From the NCBI GenBank assembly GCA_964642015.1, contig CAZXLF010000005.1:75847-139846 (forward strand): DNA of 64,000 nt, given 5' to 3'. The notes beneath the pieces were generated by a model, which ran no database searches, was not told where the DNA came from, and saw nothing but the letters and a program-made list of their open reading frames with translations. Shown here in pieces: positions 26,485 through 37,757 of this stretch (its first letter is position 1; the number at the start of each line of letters is the position of its first letter). A program made the translations under genes and the position numbers. The DNA is from an uncultured Planctomycetia bacterium (lineage in GTDB: Bacteria; Omnitrophota; Gorgyraeia; 2-02-FULL-51-18).

Positions 26485-27759
26485 TTACCTTTTAATAACA
26501 GTTATCCCACCCATATAGGGCCTCAAAACTTCCGGAAGCAAGACCGATCCGTCGGCATTCTGAAAATTTTCTAAGATCGCGATCATCACGCGAGGCAACG
26601 CAAGTCCCGAGCCGTTCAAAGTATGCACAAATTCCGATTTTCCTGTGTCTTTTCTTTTATAGCGGATATTCGCACGTCTCGCCTGGAACGCTTCAAAATT
26701 ACTCACAGAAGAAACCTCAAGCCAGCGGTTAAGGCCCGGCGCCCACGCTTCGATGTCATAGCATTTTGCGGCGGAGAAACCCATGTCGCCGCTGCAAAGC
26801 TGCATCACACGATAAGGAATGTTCAAAAGTTGAAGGATCTTTTCGGCGTCTTTCAATAATTTTTCATGTTCATCGTAAGAAGTCTCGGGTTTACAGAATT
26901 TCACAAGTTCTACTTTGTCGAATTGATGGACACGCACCAATCCTTTGGTATCTTTTCCGTAAGAACCAGCCTCTCGGCGAAAACAAGGCGTATACGCGGT
27001 ATATTTTAATGGTAAATTTTCTTCTTTGATAATTTCGTCTCGGTGAAGATTGGTCACCGGTACTTCCGCTGTAGGGATCAAAAAAAGATCATCATCTTTC
27101 AAGCGGTACATATCCTCTTCGAACTTGGGGAGCTGCCCGGTGCCGGTCATGCTTGCACGGTTAACCAATGCAGGCGGCCATATTTCCACATAACCATGGT
27201 GACCCGTATGATAGTCCAGCATAAAGTTTATCAATGCCCTCTCCAATTTAGCCCCAATACCCTGATACAAGGCAAAACCGCTCCCGCTGATCTTGGAAGC
27301 ACGGGTACCATCGATTATCTCGAGCTCTTGGCCTATTTCGGTATGTTCTTTTGGCTTAAATTCGAACTTTTTCGGCTTTCCCCAGCTTAAAACCTCTGTA
27401 TTTTGGGTATTATCTACCCCACTTTTTACAGAATTATGAGGTATATTTGGGATTATATACAGAATTTCTTTAACTTTTGAGTCTATTTCCTCCATTTTTG
27501 ACTCAAATTCTTTAATATTTTGGGAAATAGACTTCATAGACTCAATTTCAGCCTTTGTATCCTTCTTTTCCTTCAAAAGCGCGGAAATCCGGTCATTTGC
27601 TTGGTTCTTTTGAGCTCTCAGAGCATCCGTTTCCTGTAAAAGTTCGCGCCGCTTGGCATCTAGCTCCAAAAAGCCGTCAAAATCCAGCTTTGGTGCCCGG
27701 ATCTTAAGCGCTTCCCGGACTTTATCTTGATTCTCTCTTATAAATGTCAGCTCTAGCAT
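26485..27759 (-). CDS. serS: Seryl-tRNA synthetase.
   Basis: N-terminal coiled-coil arm plus class II core. 424 aa. Confidence 0.95.
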   Translation of the reverse strand: MLELTFIRENQDKVREALKIRAPKLDFDGFLELDAKRRELLQETDALRAQKNQANDRISALLKEKKDTKAEIESMKSISQNIKEFESKMEEIDSKVKEILYIIPNIPHNSVKSGVDNTQNTEVLSWGKPKKFEFKPKEHTEIGQELEIIDGTRASKISGSGFALYQGIGAKLERALINFMLDYHTGHHGYVEIWPPALVNRASMTGTGQLPKFEEDMYRLKDDDLFLIPTAEVPVTNLHRDEIIKEENLPLKYTAYTPCFRREAGSYGKDTKGLVRVHQFDKVELVKFCKPETSYDEHEKLLKDAEKILQLLNIPYRVMQLCSGDMGFSAAKCYDIEAWAPGLNRWLEVSSVSNFEAFQARRANIRYKRKDTGKSEFVHTLNGSGLALPRVMIAILENFQNADGSVLLPEVLRPYMGGITVIKR

Positions 27760-27912
27760 AGTGTCTTAAGATATTTGGTTATAATGAATTGGGTGTGATT
27801 ATAGCGTAAAGTCATGCTCTAGTAAAGAAAGTGGAATCGCTAAGGATCAAAGGTCATCCAATGGTCAGTGGGACGCTTTCTTCAATTTTTACCAGAACTA
27901 ATGTTTTTGTCA

Positions 27913-28014
27913 AAGGAGGTCAGATGCTAGACGCAAGCAAGCGACCGAAGAAGGCGTAGTAGAACTACATCGACTGAGGGAGCGTCGCTTGCAACAACGC
28001 AGATGGCCTCCTTT
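27913..28014 (-). promoter_or_regulatory. Nested perfect inverted repeats in the serS leader (between tRNA-Lys and serS).
   Basis: The outer 8-bp pair is AAAGGAGG/CCTCCTTT, enclosing about 86 nt. The inner 8-bp pair is CAAGCGAC/GTCGCTTG. Confidence 0.25.
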
Positions 28015-28023
28015 CACAAAAAC

Positions 28024-28096
28024 ATGAGCCGAGTGGGAATCGAACCCACGACACCTTCCTTAAAAGGGAAGTGCTCTACCGACTGAGCTATCGGCT
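28024..28096 (-). tRNA. tRNA-Lys(UUU).
   Basis: GAGCCGATAGCTCAGTCGGTAGAGCACTTCCCTTTTAAGGAAG...GGTTCGATTCC. Anticodon loop CUUUUAA. Confidence 0.9.
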
Positions 28097-28104
28097 CTGA
28101 AATT

Positions 28105-28668
28105 TTAAAACTGGGAAAGTTCTTTCTCTTTCTGGGACTGCGCCTGATCGATAGATTGAATGTACTTATCGGTAAGCTTCTGGATATCCGCTTGGGATTT
28201 AAAACTTTCATCCTCAGTGATCTTTTTTTCTTTTTCGATCTTCTTGATATGTTCATTCGCTTCCCGGCGGATCGAACGAAGTGCTACGCGTCCGTCTTCA
28301 GCGGCTTTATGAACGATCTTGATCAGTTCTTCCCTGCGCTCGCGAGTCAACGTAGGCACGACTAAACGGATTGCTTTACCGTCGATCACCGGCGTGATCC
28401 CGATCTCCGACTCGAGGATCGCTTTCTCAATAGATTTAAGCACAGAGATATCCCAAGGATTGATAAGCAGCATTTTCGGTTCGGGAACAGCGATATTCGC
28501 AAGCTGTTTCAAAGGTGTCGGGGTACCATAATAGTCGACGCGGATATTCTCAACGATTCCGGGATTCGCACGGCCTGAACGTATGCCGGCAAAATTGTGA
28601 CTCACCACATCCACTGACTTTTTCATTTTATCTTCTGAATCTGTTAAGATCGCCTTGGAAGTATCCAT
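28105..28668 (-). CDS. frr: Ribosome recycling factor.
   Basis: 187-aa RRF sequence. Confidence 0.95.
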   Translation of the reverse strand: MDTSKAILTDSEDKMKKSVDVVSHNFAGIRSGRANPGIVENIRVDYYGTPTPLKQLANIAVPEPKMLLINPWDISVLKSIEKAILESEIGITPVIDGKAIRLVVPTLTRERREELIKIVHKAAEDGRVALRSIRREANEHIKKIEKEKKITEDESFKSQADIQKLTDKYIQSIDQAQSQKEKELSQF

Positions 28669-28671
28669 AGA

Positions 28672-30230
<1,559 letters not shown>

Positions 30231-30239
30231 TTGACGGTC

Positions 30240-31016
30240 CTACTCTTTATTATTTTCTGGCGTTTCGGATAATACAACTTGCGACTCATCATCCAATGGA
30301 TCTTCGTCTTTGGTAACAACCATATCACGCTTCACTTTTTGAAGCCCTTCAACGATGCTATCAGTGATAATGCCTGTGAGTAATTTAATAGAACGGATCG
30401 CGTCATCATTACCAGGTATGGGGTACTGGATATTGTCCGGGTCAGAATCCGTGTCGACGACCGCCACGACAGGAATGCCCAGACGATTGGCTTCCTGAAC
30501 AGCGATATCTTCCTTTTTGGCATCGATGACAAACATTGCTCCCGGAAGCCGGCTCATTTCGGCGACGCCTCCGAGATTTTTCTCAAGCTTTGCGATTTCC
30601 TTCTCAAGTTCAGCGACTTCTTTTTTCGTGATCGCATCGAAAGTGCCGTCTTCTCTCATCAGAAGCAGACTGCGGTACCGGCGCACACTATTCCGAATCG
30701 TCTGATAATTGGTCAACATGCCGCCGAGCCATCTGTGATTGACAAAATACATTCCGCAGCGTTTGGCTTCCTGTTCAATAATTTCCTGAGCTTGCGGCTT
30801 AGTACCTACAAATAGGATGGGAACTCCCTGGGCGGCGATGTCTTTCATGAAATTGCAGGCACGTGTCAGATGTGACACGGTCTTTTCAAGATCAATGATG
30901 TAAATGCCGCTCTTTTCCCCAAAAATATACGTCTTCATTTTTGGGTTCCATTTCTTGGTCTGATGACCAAAATGGACTCCCGCTTCAAGCAAACTTTGCA
31001 CTAATTCTTTAGACAA
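30240..31016 (-). CDS. rpsB: 30S ribosomal protein S2.
   Basis: S2 family with an acidic C-terminal tail. Confidence 0.95.
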   Translation of the reverse strand: MSKELVQSLLEAGVHFGHQTKKWNPKMKTYIFGEKSGIYIIDLEKTVSHLTRACNFMKDIAAQGVPILFVGTKPQAQEIIEQEAKRCGMYFVNHRWLGGMLTNYQTIRNSVRRYRSLLLMREDGTFDAITKKEVAELEKEIAKLEKNLGGVAEMSRLPGAMFVIDAKKEDIAVQEANRLGIPVVAVVDTDSDPDNIQYPIPGNDDAIRSIKLLTGIITDSIVEGLQKVKRDMVVTKDEDPLDDESQVVLSETPENNKE

Positions 31017-31138
31017 TTTTAATCTCCTTATTCATTTATAAGGGAACGCATAAGTCATTAAAATCAATAAACTTATGTACGGAAACTACCGTTCTCCCCG
31101 CTCCGTGCAAGACGGAACCACTCCGTTCAACAAAATCT

Positions 31139-31189
31139 TAGCCCCCGATGGGCTAAAATTCTTCAATTGATAAACGCTTAATTATACCA
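31139..31189 (-). promoter_or_regulatory. rpsB promoter (extended -10 TGGTATAAT) followed by a leader hairpin.
   Basis: The minus-strand TGGTATAAT lies at 31181-31189. The hairpin TAGCCC-ccgat-GGGCTA lies at 31139-31155 and is followed by AGATTTTGTTG. This hairpin could also terminate the msbA-like gene. Confidence 0.3.
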
Positions 31190-31216
31190 AAGATTTATAG
31201 GCAGGCAAGGATTTGT

Positions 31217-33055
31217 TTAGACGCGAAATTGCAGTTCATAGAGCCGTTTATAGGTGCCATTATGGCGTATGAGTTCCTCATGAGTGCCCTGTTCCACGAT
31301 ACGGCCTTCGTTGATCACAATGATCCGATGGGCATCCTTGATCGTTGACAGCCGGTGAGCGATCACAAGAACCGTTCTTCCCTGCATCAAATTATGGATC
31401 GCTTCCTGGACAAGGATTTCAGATTCAGAATCCAGCGCCGATGTCGCTTCATCCAGAATCAAGATAGGCGGATTTTTTAAAACAGCCCGAGCGATAGAAA
31501 TCCTTTGTCTTTCTCCGCCTGAAAGCCGTGTACCGCGATCGCCGACGACAGTCTGATATTTCATCGGTAATTTTGAAACAAAATTATGCGCGTTGGCGAT
31601 CCGTGCGGCTTTTTCAATGTCGGCTTGAGGAGTTTTAGACCGGCCGTATGCGATATTCGCGGTCACCGTATCATTGAAAAGTATCGTTTCTTGAGTAACA
31701 ATACCGATCTGCTCACGTAAAGACTTGAGCGTTGCATCTCTTAAATCGACCCCATCGATCAATATTCGCCCTTCCATGACATCATAGAATCTCGGCAGAA
31801 GATTCATCAGGCTTGTCTTCCCTGCGCCGCTCGGACCTACGATAGCGATGATCTCGCCTGTTTTCACAGTAAGGTCAATACCTACAAGTACTTTGTGGGA
31901 AGTGTATCCAAATGAGACTTTTTCGAATCGAATTTCTTTTTTAAGCGGCGCCAATACTTTTGCCGATTTCTTCTCAATAATTTCGTTCGGCGTATCGAGG
32001 ATCTCAAATATACGTTCCGCTGCAGCCAAGGCGTGTTGGTAAATGCTGTGGACACGGCTGAGACGCTTGAACGGTCTCTGCAGTGAAAAAAGTGCCGCCA
32101 AAAACGCGATGAATGCACCGGGAGACATATGATTGCCGATAACCCCGCGGCCGCCGATCCATAATACCACTCCGAAACAGATGAAACCGATGAACTCGGT
32201 GATCGGACTTACAATGATCATTCGGCTGATCGAAAGCATCATCGTTTTATAGAGGGACTGGTTCTGTCTGTCAAAACGGTCCGTTTCATATTTTTCCATT
32301 CCAAATCCCTGAACGATCCGGATACCCGAAATGGATTCAAATAATGTCGAATTAATATCCGCAACCTGTTCCTGGGCCGAGCGACTGATCTTTTTAAGAC
32401 GTCGGCCAACTTTCATAACCGGATAAATCACAAGCGGCATTAGAATAAATATCACTCCGACCAGTATCCATGGGATCCCAAAAATAAACTTTACGGACAG
32501 CAGCACGAAAAAATTGATCAGGATCTGCACGGGTTGAAATAAAAGGTCTGTCAAACCTTCCGAAATCGCATCGCGGATCACGACGGTATCATAAGTAATA
32601 CGCGATACCAACGCGCCGGCCTGGGATTTTCCGAAAAAGCTGAGTGGTAAATGTACGATCTTTTGATAGACATGATTTCTCAGATCCTTGATGACCAGTT
32701 GGCTGGCGTCATTCATGAAGTAAGATTGCAAAAATTCGAAGACCAGTCTGAAAAAAGCGATCGAGAGCGTCCATATGATCAATAAATCCAGCAATCTCGC
32801 TTTAGGGAGTGCGTTAATCTGAGAGATGAAGCCGAGAACAAATTGCGGAAGTCTCTCAGCATGAGGGACAACGATCGGCTTGCCGGCAAGGATCGTATCG
32901 ACAAATGGGATGATGAGTCCGATGATCGGCAGACCGCTCAAAAGCGAATTCATGATCATCGCAGCGATGGCAAGTAAAAGTATGCCTAAATGAGGCTTGA
33001 TCCAGAGAAGAAGACGATTGATATTTTTCATGATTAATTGGGCATCATAGCACAC
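31217..33055 (-). CDS. ABC exporter with fused permease and ATPase, MsbA-like (lipid A/lipid flippase family).
   Basis: Six TM helices then an NBD. Walker A GPSGAGKTS, signature LSGGERQR, Walker B ILILDEATSALD. Confidence 0.85.
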   Translation of the reverse strand: MCYDAQLIMKNINRLLLWIKPHLGILLLAIAAMIMNSLLSGLPIIGLIIPFVDTILAGKPIVVPHAERLPQFVLGFISQINALPKARLLDLLIIWTLSIAFFRLVFEFLQSYFMNDASQLVIKDLRNHVYQKIVHLPLSFFGKSQAGALVSRITYDTVVIRDAISEGLTDLLFQPVQILINFFVLLSVKFIFGIPWILVGVIFILMPLVIYPVMKVGRRLKKISRSAQEQVADINSTLFESISGIRIVQGFGMEKYETDRFDRQNQSLYKTMMLSISRMIIVSPITEFIGFICFGVVLWIGGRGVIGNHMSPGAFIAFLAALFSLQRPFKRLSRVHSIYQHALAAAERIFEILDTPNEIIEKKSAKVLAPLKKEIRFEKVSFGYTSHKVLVGIDLTVKTGEIIAIVGPSGAGKTSLMNLLPRFYDVMEGRILIDGVDLRDATLKSLREQIGIVTQETILFNDTVTANIAYGRSKTPQADIEKAARIANAHNFVSKLPMKYQTVVGDRGTRLSGGERQRISIARAVLKNPPILILDEATSALDSESEILVQEAIHNLMQGRTVLVIAHRLSTIKDAHRIIVINEGRIVEQGTHEELIRHNGTYKRLYELQFRV

Positions 33056-33156
33056 GATTAAGGTTATTGTCGACTCACTTCAAGGCTCATACGGCCTCCA
33101 GAAGCGAAACTGCAAGGTATTTGTCAAGGACCCGCTTCATGATACAATGTTCCGTT

Positions 33157-34089
33157 ATGCAAAAGCCATTAAGGGTCGCTGTTATTGGGACCGGAAAATT
33201 AGGTTCTCGCCATGCAGAGGTGTATTCTAAACTGCCTGGCATCGAGCTCGTAGGAGTATGCGACATCATTGAGCACCGCGCCAAAGAATCAGCGCATCAT
33301 TGCAAGACGAAAGCTTATAAAGATCATCGTGAACTTTTGAAGCTCGTCGATGCGGCAAGTATCGTTGTGCCTTCCCATGCTCACCATAAAATCTCCAAAG
33401 ACTTCCTTGAACACCGGGTCCATGTGTTGATCGAAAAACCCATTACGACTTCCTTGGCCGAAGCGGATGATCTCCTTTTTATAGCCGAAGAAAAGAATGT
33501 CATCATTCAAGTAGGCCATATTGAAAGGTACAATTCGGCGATAAGAGCCATCAAAAATATAATCAAAACTCCCCGATTCATTGAATGCCACAGACTCGGG
33601 CCTTATGACCCGCGTATCATTGACGTAGGCGTCACACTGGATCTGATGATTCATGATATTGACATCGTGATGGACCTTGTGAGATCTCCCATTAAACTGG
33701 TAGATTCTGCAGGCGCATATATTCTGTCAAAAACTGAGGATATCGCGAACGCAAGGATACGATTTGAAAATAATTCCGTTTGTGATCTCACCGCGAGCCG
33801 TGTCACCAAAGACGTCATGAGAAAGATACGGATCTTCCAAGATGATGCCTATATTTCCATGGACTACGTCAAACAGGAAGCCGCTATTTATACCAGAGAA
33901 AACGGACATATTCATCACCGCATCATCGACATCAAAAAAAGTGATTCGCTGAAAGAGGAGCTCTTGGATTTCGTGGACTGCGTCCGGCACAATCGGCAGC
34001 CGCTCGTCTCAGGCAAAGAGGGGCGCGCCGCATTGGCGTTGGCGCTTCAGATACAGCAGCAAATCCAAGAACAAAACGCCAAAAATTGA
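33157..34089 (+). CDS. Gfo/Idh/MocA-family NAD(P)-dependent oxidoreductase.
   Basis: Begins MQKPLRVAVIGTGKLGSRHAE (Rossmann). The start was moved to the ATG at 33157, because the ORF-track start is a TTG 30 codons upstream. Confidence 0.8.
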   Translation: MQKPLRVAVIGTGKLGSRHAEVYSKLPGIELVGVCDIIEHRAKESAHHCKTKAYKDHRELLKLVDAASIVVPSHAHHKISKDFLEHRVHVLIEKPITTSLAEADDLLFIAEEKNVIIQVGHIERYNSAIRAIKNIIKTPRFIECHRLGPYDPRIIDVGVTLDLMIHDIDIVMDLVRSPIKLVDSAGAYILSKTEDIANARIRFENNSVCDLTASRVTKDVMRKIRIFQDDAYISMDYVKQEAAIYTRENGHIHHRIIDIKKSDSLKEELLDFVDCVRHNRQPLVSGKEGRAALALALQIQQQIQEQNAKN

Positions 34090-35207
34090 AGATCTATGTC
34101 ATCGCAGGTGAAGCCTCCGGAGACCTGCACGGCGCGCACCTAATCCACAGTTTGAAAAATATCTCCAAAGAACCGATCGAGATCTACGGGATTGGTGGAG
34201 ATAAAATCCGAGACACTGGCGCAAAAGAATTTTTCGATCTGGCCCATTTTCATGTCACCGGCATCAGCGACGCCATAAAGAAAATCCCTCAATATAAAAA
34301 AGCATCCGAAACGATTCTTTCCAAAATAAGTAAAGTTTCACCGGATCTTATCGTATTGATCGACAATCCCGGCTTCAACCTGCATCTAGCCCAAAAGATC
34401 CATGCGATGAAAATTCCGATCGTTTATTACATCGCTCCTCAAATTTGGGCCTGGGCCCCCAAACGTATTTTAAAAATAAAAAAATATATCCAAAAAGTGC
34501 TGGTCGTGTTCGAATTCGAAAAAAAGATCTACGAGGATGCTCACATCCCTGTCGCCTGGGTCGGTCATCCTTTAAAAGACCTCGTAAAAATAAAAGACCA
34601 CAAAAAAACGCATGAGAAAACCGGACATTTTATTACGGTGTTACCGGGTTCGCGGCAAGGCGAGCTTAAAATGCTGCTGCCTATTTTTCTGAAAGCTACT
34701 AAGATTATTTCCAAAGAAGTGCCGGATGTTTCGTTCGCAGTACTTAAATCGTCGGCGGTGCCAAAAGAGGTCTATGAAAAGATATTCAAGGCAAATGGCA
34801 TAACGCTGCCGTTGATCGAGCGAAATCATTACGAACTGATCCATCAAAGCGATCTTGCTCTAGCCTGTTCGGGCACCGTAACTTTGGAATGTGCGCTTCT
34901 GGGTACACCGATGATCATCTCTTATAAAGGAAGTTTTTTGACTTATGTGGCGGCGAAAAGTCTGGTCAAAGTCCGATATCTTGGGTTGCCGAATCTTGTA
35001 CTCGGAGAGCAGAAGTTCCCTGAAATGCTCCAATACAACGCTACTCCAAAAAAAATAGCGGCAGAAGCCCTCAAGATCTTGAGGAATCAGAAATTAAACC
35101 ACTCCATGAAACACGCTCTTGAAAAAGTGTCCGAAAAACTGGGAGAACCGGGCGCCAGCGAAAGAGCAGCGAAAGAAATTCTGAAATTATTGCCGTATAG
35201 AAGTTGA
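34086..35207 (+). CDS. lpxB: Lipid-A-disaccharide synthase.
   Basis: GT19 family. Begins MKIYVIAGEASGDLHGAHLI. Confidence 0.9.
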   Translation: MKIYVIAGEASGDLHGAHLIHSLKNISKEPIEIYGIGGDKIRDTGAKEFFDLAHFHVTGISDAIKKIPQYKKASETILSKISKVSPDLIVLIDNPGFNLHLAQKIHAMKIPIVYYIAPQIWAWAPKRILKIKKYIQKVLVVFEFEKKIYEDAHIPVAWVGHPLKDLVKIKDHKKTHEKTGHFITVLPGSRQGELKMLLPIFLKATKIISKEVPDVSFAVLKSSAVPKEVYEKIFKANGITLPLIERNHYELIHQSDLALACSGTVTLECALLGTPMIISYKGSFLTYVAAKSLVKVRYLGLPNLVLGEQKFPEMLQYNATPKKIAAEALKILRNQKLNHSMKHALEKVSEKLGEPGASERAAKEILKLLPYRS

Positions 35208-36581
35208 TTACAAAATCGGAAGGTATTTGGTCAGTTCGTAATTAGTGATCTCGGCGCAGTACTTGCTCCATTCGATCTTTTTATTCTCGATCAAAGAATG
35301 AAAAATATGCTCGCCAAGGGTGTCTTTCAAGAATCTGCTTCCTTCGGCGATCGCGACCGCTTCTCCGAGACTTTGGGGTAATATTTCAATGCCGCGTTTT
35401 TTCTTTTCCGAATCCGACATCCCAAGCATGCTTTGTTCCATCGCATCCGGCAACTCATACTGATTGCGAATACCTTCTAGACCGGCCGCTAAGAGCACCG
35501 AAAACACAAGATAAGGATTGCAAGCTGCATCCGGTGAGCGAAGCTCAACACGCATGGAATTCTCATGTCCCTGCTTGTACATTGGGAGACGGACAAGCGC
35601 GGACGGATTGCGTTTGGCCCAATAAACATCTACCGGCGCTTCAAAACCCGGTGTGAGACGTTTGTAAGAATTGACCCATTGGTTGGTCAAAATGCAGATC
35701 TCGCGGGAATGTTTGAGAAGACCTGCGATATAATATTTGGCAACTTTTGACAGATGATTGCGGTCACTTTTATCAAAAAATGCGTTCTTGTCGCCTTTGA
35801 ACAAAGACTGATGGATATGCATACCGCTTCCGTTCTCACCTTTCAAAGGTTTCGGCATAAACGTGGCATAAACGCCGTTCTTCAGCGCGATCTCCTTAAC
35901 TACGAGACGGTAAGTGATCGCGTTATCCGCCATCGTCAATGCATCTGTGTAACGGAGATCGATCTCGTGCTGGCTAGGTGCGACTTCGTGATGGCTTGTT
36001 TCAACGCCGATACCCATTTCCTCAAGCGTTAAAACCGTCTCTCGGCGAAGATCTGACGCCGCATCCAAAGAGGTCAGGTCAAAATAACCGCCTTGATCCA
36101 ATGTTTTTGTGGAGTCCGGACTTTGAAAGTAGAAGAATTCGATTTCGGGACCCACATAAAAAGTATAGCCCAGATCCGAAGCTCTTTTTAACGTGCGCTT
36201 CAAACAATATCTCGGGTCTCCGGCAAAAGGAGAACCTTGTACATTTTGAATATCCACAAACATACGGGCAACCGCATTTTCCCTGGGACGCCAAGGAAGA
36301 AGCTCAAATGTCGAAGGATCGGGAAGTGCACGCATATCTGATTCATCGTTCCGTGCAAAACCTTCAATAGCCGAACCATCAAAACCGGCCCCTTCTTCCA
36401 TCACCTCTTCCAGTTCATCGATCGTAATGGCAAAACTTTTTAATTGTCCTAAAATATCGGAGAACCAAAGCCGGACGAAGCGCACATTATGGTCCTGCGC
36501 CTTTTTCAAAACAAATTCTTTACTTTGTTTTACGGGTGAAGTCCGAGAAATCTTGAGTTGTGATTTTTTTGAAGTTTTCAT
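35208..36581 (-). CDS. glnA: Glutamine synthetase.
   Basis: GS beta-grasp and catalytic domains. 457 aa. Confidence 0.85.
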   Translation of the reverse strand: MKTSKKSQLKISRTSPVKQSKEFVLKKAQDHNVRFVRLWFSDILGQLKSFAITIDELEEVMEEGAGFDGSAIEGFARNDESDMRALPDPSTFELLPWRPRENAVARMFVDIQNVQGSPFAGDPRYCLKRTLKRASDLGYTFYVGPEIEFFYFQSPDSTKTLDQGGYFDLTSLDAASDLRRETVLTLEEMGIGVETSHHEVAPSQHEIDLRYTDALTMADNAITYRLVVKEIALKNGVYATFMPKPLKGENGSGMHIHQSLFKGDKNAFFDKSDRNHLSKVAKYYIAGLLKHSREICILTNQWVNSYKRLTPGFEAPVDVYWAKRNPSALVRLPMYKQGHENSMRVELRSPDAACNPYLVFSVLLAAGLEGIRNQYELPDAMEQSMLGMSDSEKKKRGIEILPQSLGEAVAIAEGSRFLKDTLGEHIFHSLIENKKIEWSKYCAEITNYELTKYLPIL

Positions 36582-36738
36582 TGAATAATAAAATCGGTCC
36601 TTTCTATTCTAAAGAAGGGGTTAACCTTAATCAAGCATTGTTTTATAAACTAAAATTTTAATTTTTGAAGAATTTTTTATTGAAAAAATCGATTAATATT
36701 GATTAAATAAAATATATAAAGATAAATTAAAATAAAAT

Positions 36739-37149
36739 TTAAGGTTGCTTTGTTTCCAACGCCACTTTCTTTATTCCAAGACGCCGGGCCTCATCCAATA
36801 CAAAAATGGCCCGTCCGTAAGAAGCTTTTTCATCTCCGTTCAAAACGATCATTGGATCGTTGTTCGCTTTTTTAAGCTGTCCTAGTTTTTCAGGCAGTTG
36901 AGCCGCAGATATCCTCTCCTTATTGAAATAAATCTCACCCTTATCAGTTACTGTGATAGCCGTATATTGGTTATTTTTCACCTGCTGCGAAGCGGTCGTG
37001 GCGGACGGCAAATTCACGTCAACGCCCAGATTTTTAACCATTGAAAGAGAAATCATCACAAAAGTTGCCAACAAAAAAAAGACGATATCAATAAGCGGGA
37101 TGATCTCGATCCTGGCTTTGCGCTTTGGACGAAGAGAAGGAATGATCAT
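36739..37149 (-). CDS. exbD: ExbD/TolR biopolymer transport protein.
   Basis: IEIIPLIDIVFFLLATFV followed by a periplasmic domain. Confidence 0.85.
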   Translation of the reverse strand: MIIPSLRPKRKARIEIIPLIDIVFFLLATFVMISLSMVKNLGVDVNLPSATTASQQVKNNQYTAITVTDKGEIYFNKERISAAQLPEKLGQLKKANNDPMIVLNGDEKASYGRAIFVLDEARRLGIKKVALETKQP

Positions 37150-37751
37150 TTACGTATACTAGGCACTAATAGTATTTCCAGATGCGTCGAAGCATCTTCG
37201 ATCTCATGTCTTGCTTCTTCCAACTGTGAATTCATATAATTAAAAGGGATCAGTGCCACCACCGCTATAGCCAAACCGAATGCGGTGCCGATCAAAGCCT
37301 CCGCAATACCACCGGTGATCACAGTCGGAGCGTCTAGTTCCTTATGGCCCAAAAGACCGAATGCATGGATCATCCCGGTAACAGTGCTCAAAAGACCCAA
37401 GAGCGGCGCAAGCGTGATCACCGTATCTAAAACGGAAAGTCCCTGATTGAACCGTTTAAGCTCACGGTTAGCCGCTCTTAAGAGAGCATTAGAAAAAGAA
37501 GTCTCACGATTCTTTAATCCGTCCACTAACGTCTTAACCACGAAATCATGGCTGTTTTCGCCGGTCTCGATCGCATTTTGTATGCGACCTGCTTCCACAT
37601 TGGATAGTATCTCATCGACCACATGGGGTTGACGCCTTATTTTTATGCCGATGATGAATAAAATACGGTCTAAAACTACTGTCAATGAAATTACGGACGT
37701 CAGAAGAAGCGGCCACATCACTGGACCGCCTTTTTGTATCAACTGCAGCAC
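37146..37751 (-). CDS. exbB: MotA/TolQ/ExbB proton-channel protein.
   Basis: Three TM helices. Conserved C-terminal TolQ/ExbB region. Confidence 0.85.
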   Translation of the reverse strand: MLQLIQKGGPVMWPLLLTSVISLTVVLDRILFIIGIKIRRQPHVVDEILSNVEAGRIQNAIETGENSHDFVVKTLVDGLKNRETSFSNALLRAANRELKRFNQGLSVLDTVITLAPLLGLLSTVTGMIHAFGLLGHKELDAPTVITGGIAEALIGTAFGLAIAVVALIPFNYMNSQLEEARHEIEDASTHLEILLVPSIRK

Positions 37752-37757
37752 TTGATC

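Noticed and set aside
27924-27959. 11-codon plus-strand ORF (MLDASKRPKKA) with an upstream AAAGGAGG.
   Set aside because: It is on the strand opposite to all local transcription, is tiny, and the SD-like sequence is one arm of the AAAGGAGG/CCTCCTTT palindrome. It is probably coincidental.
27760-28023. T-box riboswitch in the serS leader.
   Set aside because: No AAUUAGGGUGGUACCGCG-like T-box sequence on the serS strand, and no obvious Ser specifier loop or AGAGA motif. Only generic palindromes are present.
28014-28256. 80-aa minus-strand ORF from the track.
   Set aside because: It overlaps tRNA-Lys(UUU) and the frr 3' end. It is an artefact.
36582-36738. Sigma-54 (TGGCAC-N5-TTGCW) promoter upstream of glnA.
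   Set aside because: No match found in the AT-rich 157-nt region. Only imperfect TTAATCAATATTAATCGA-type repeats are present.
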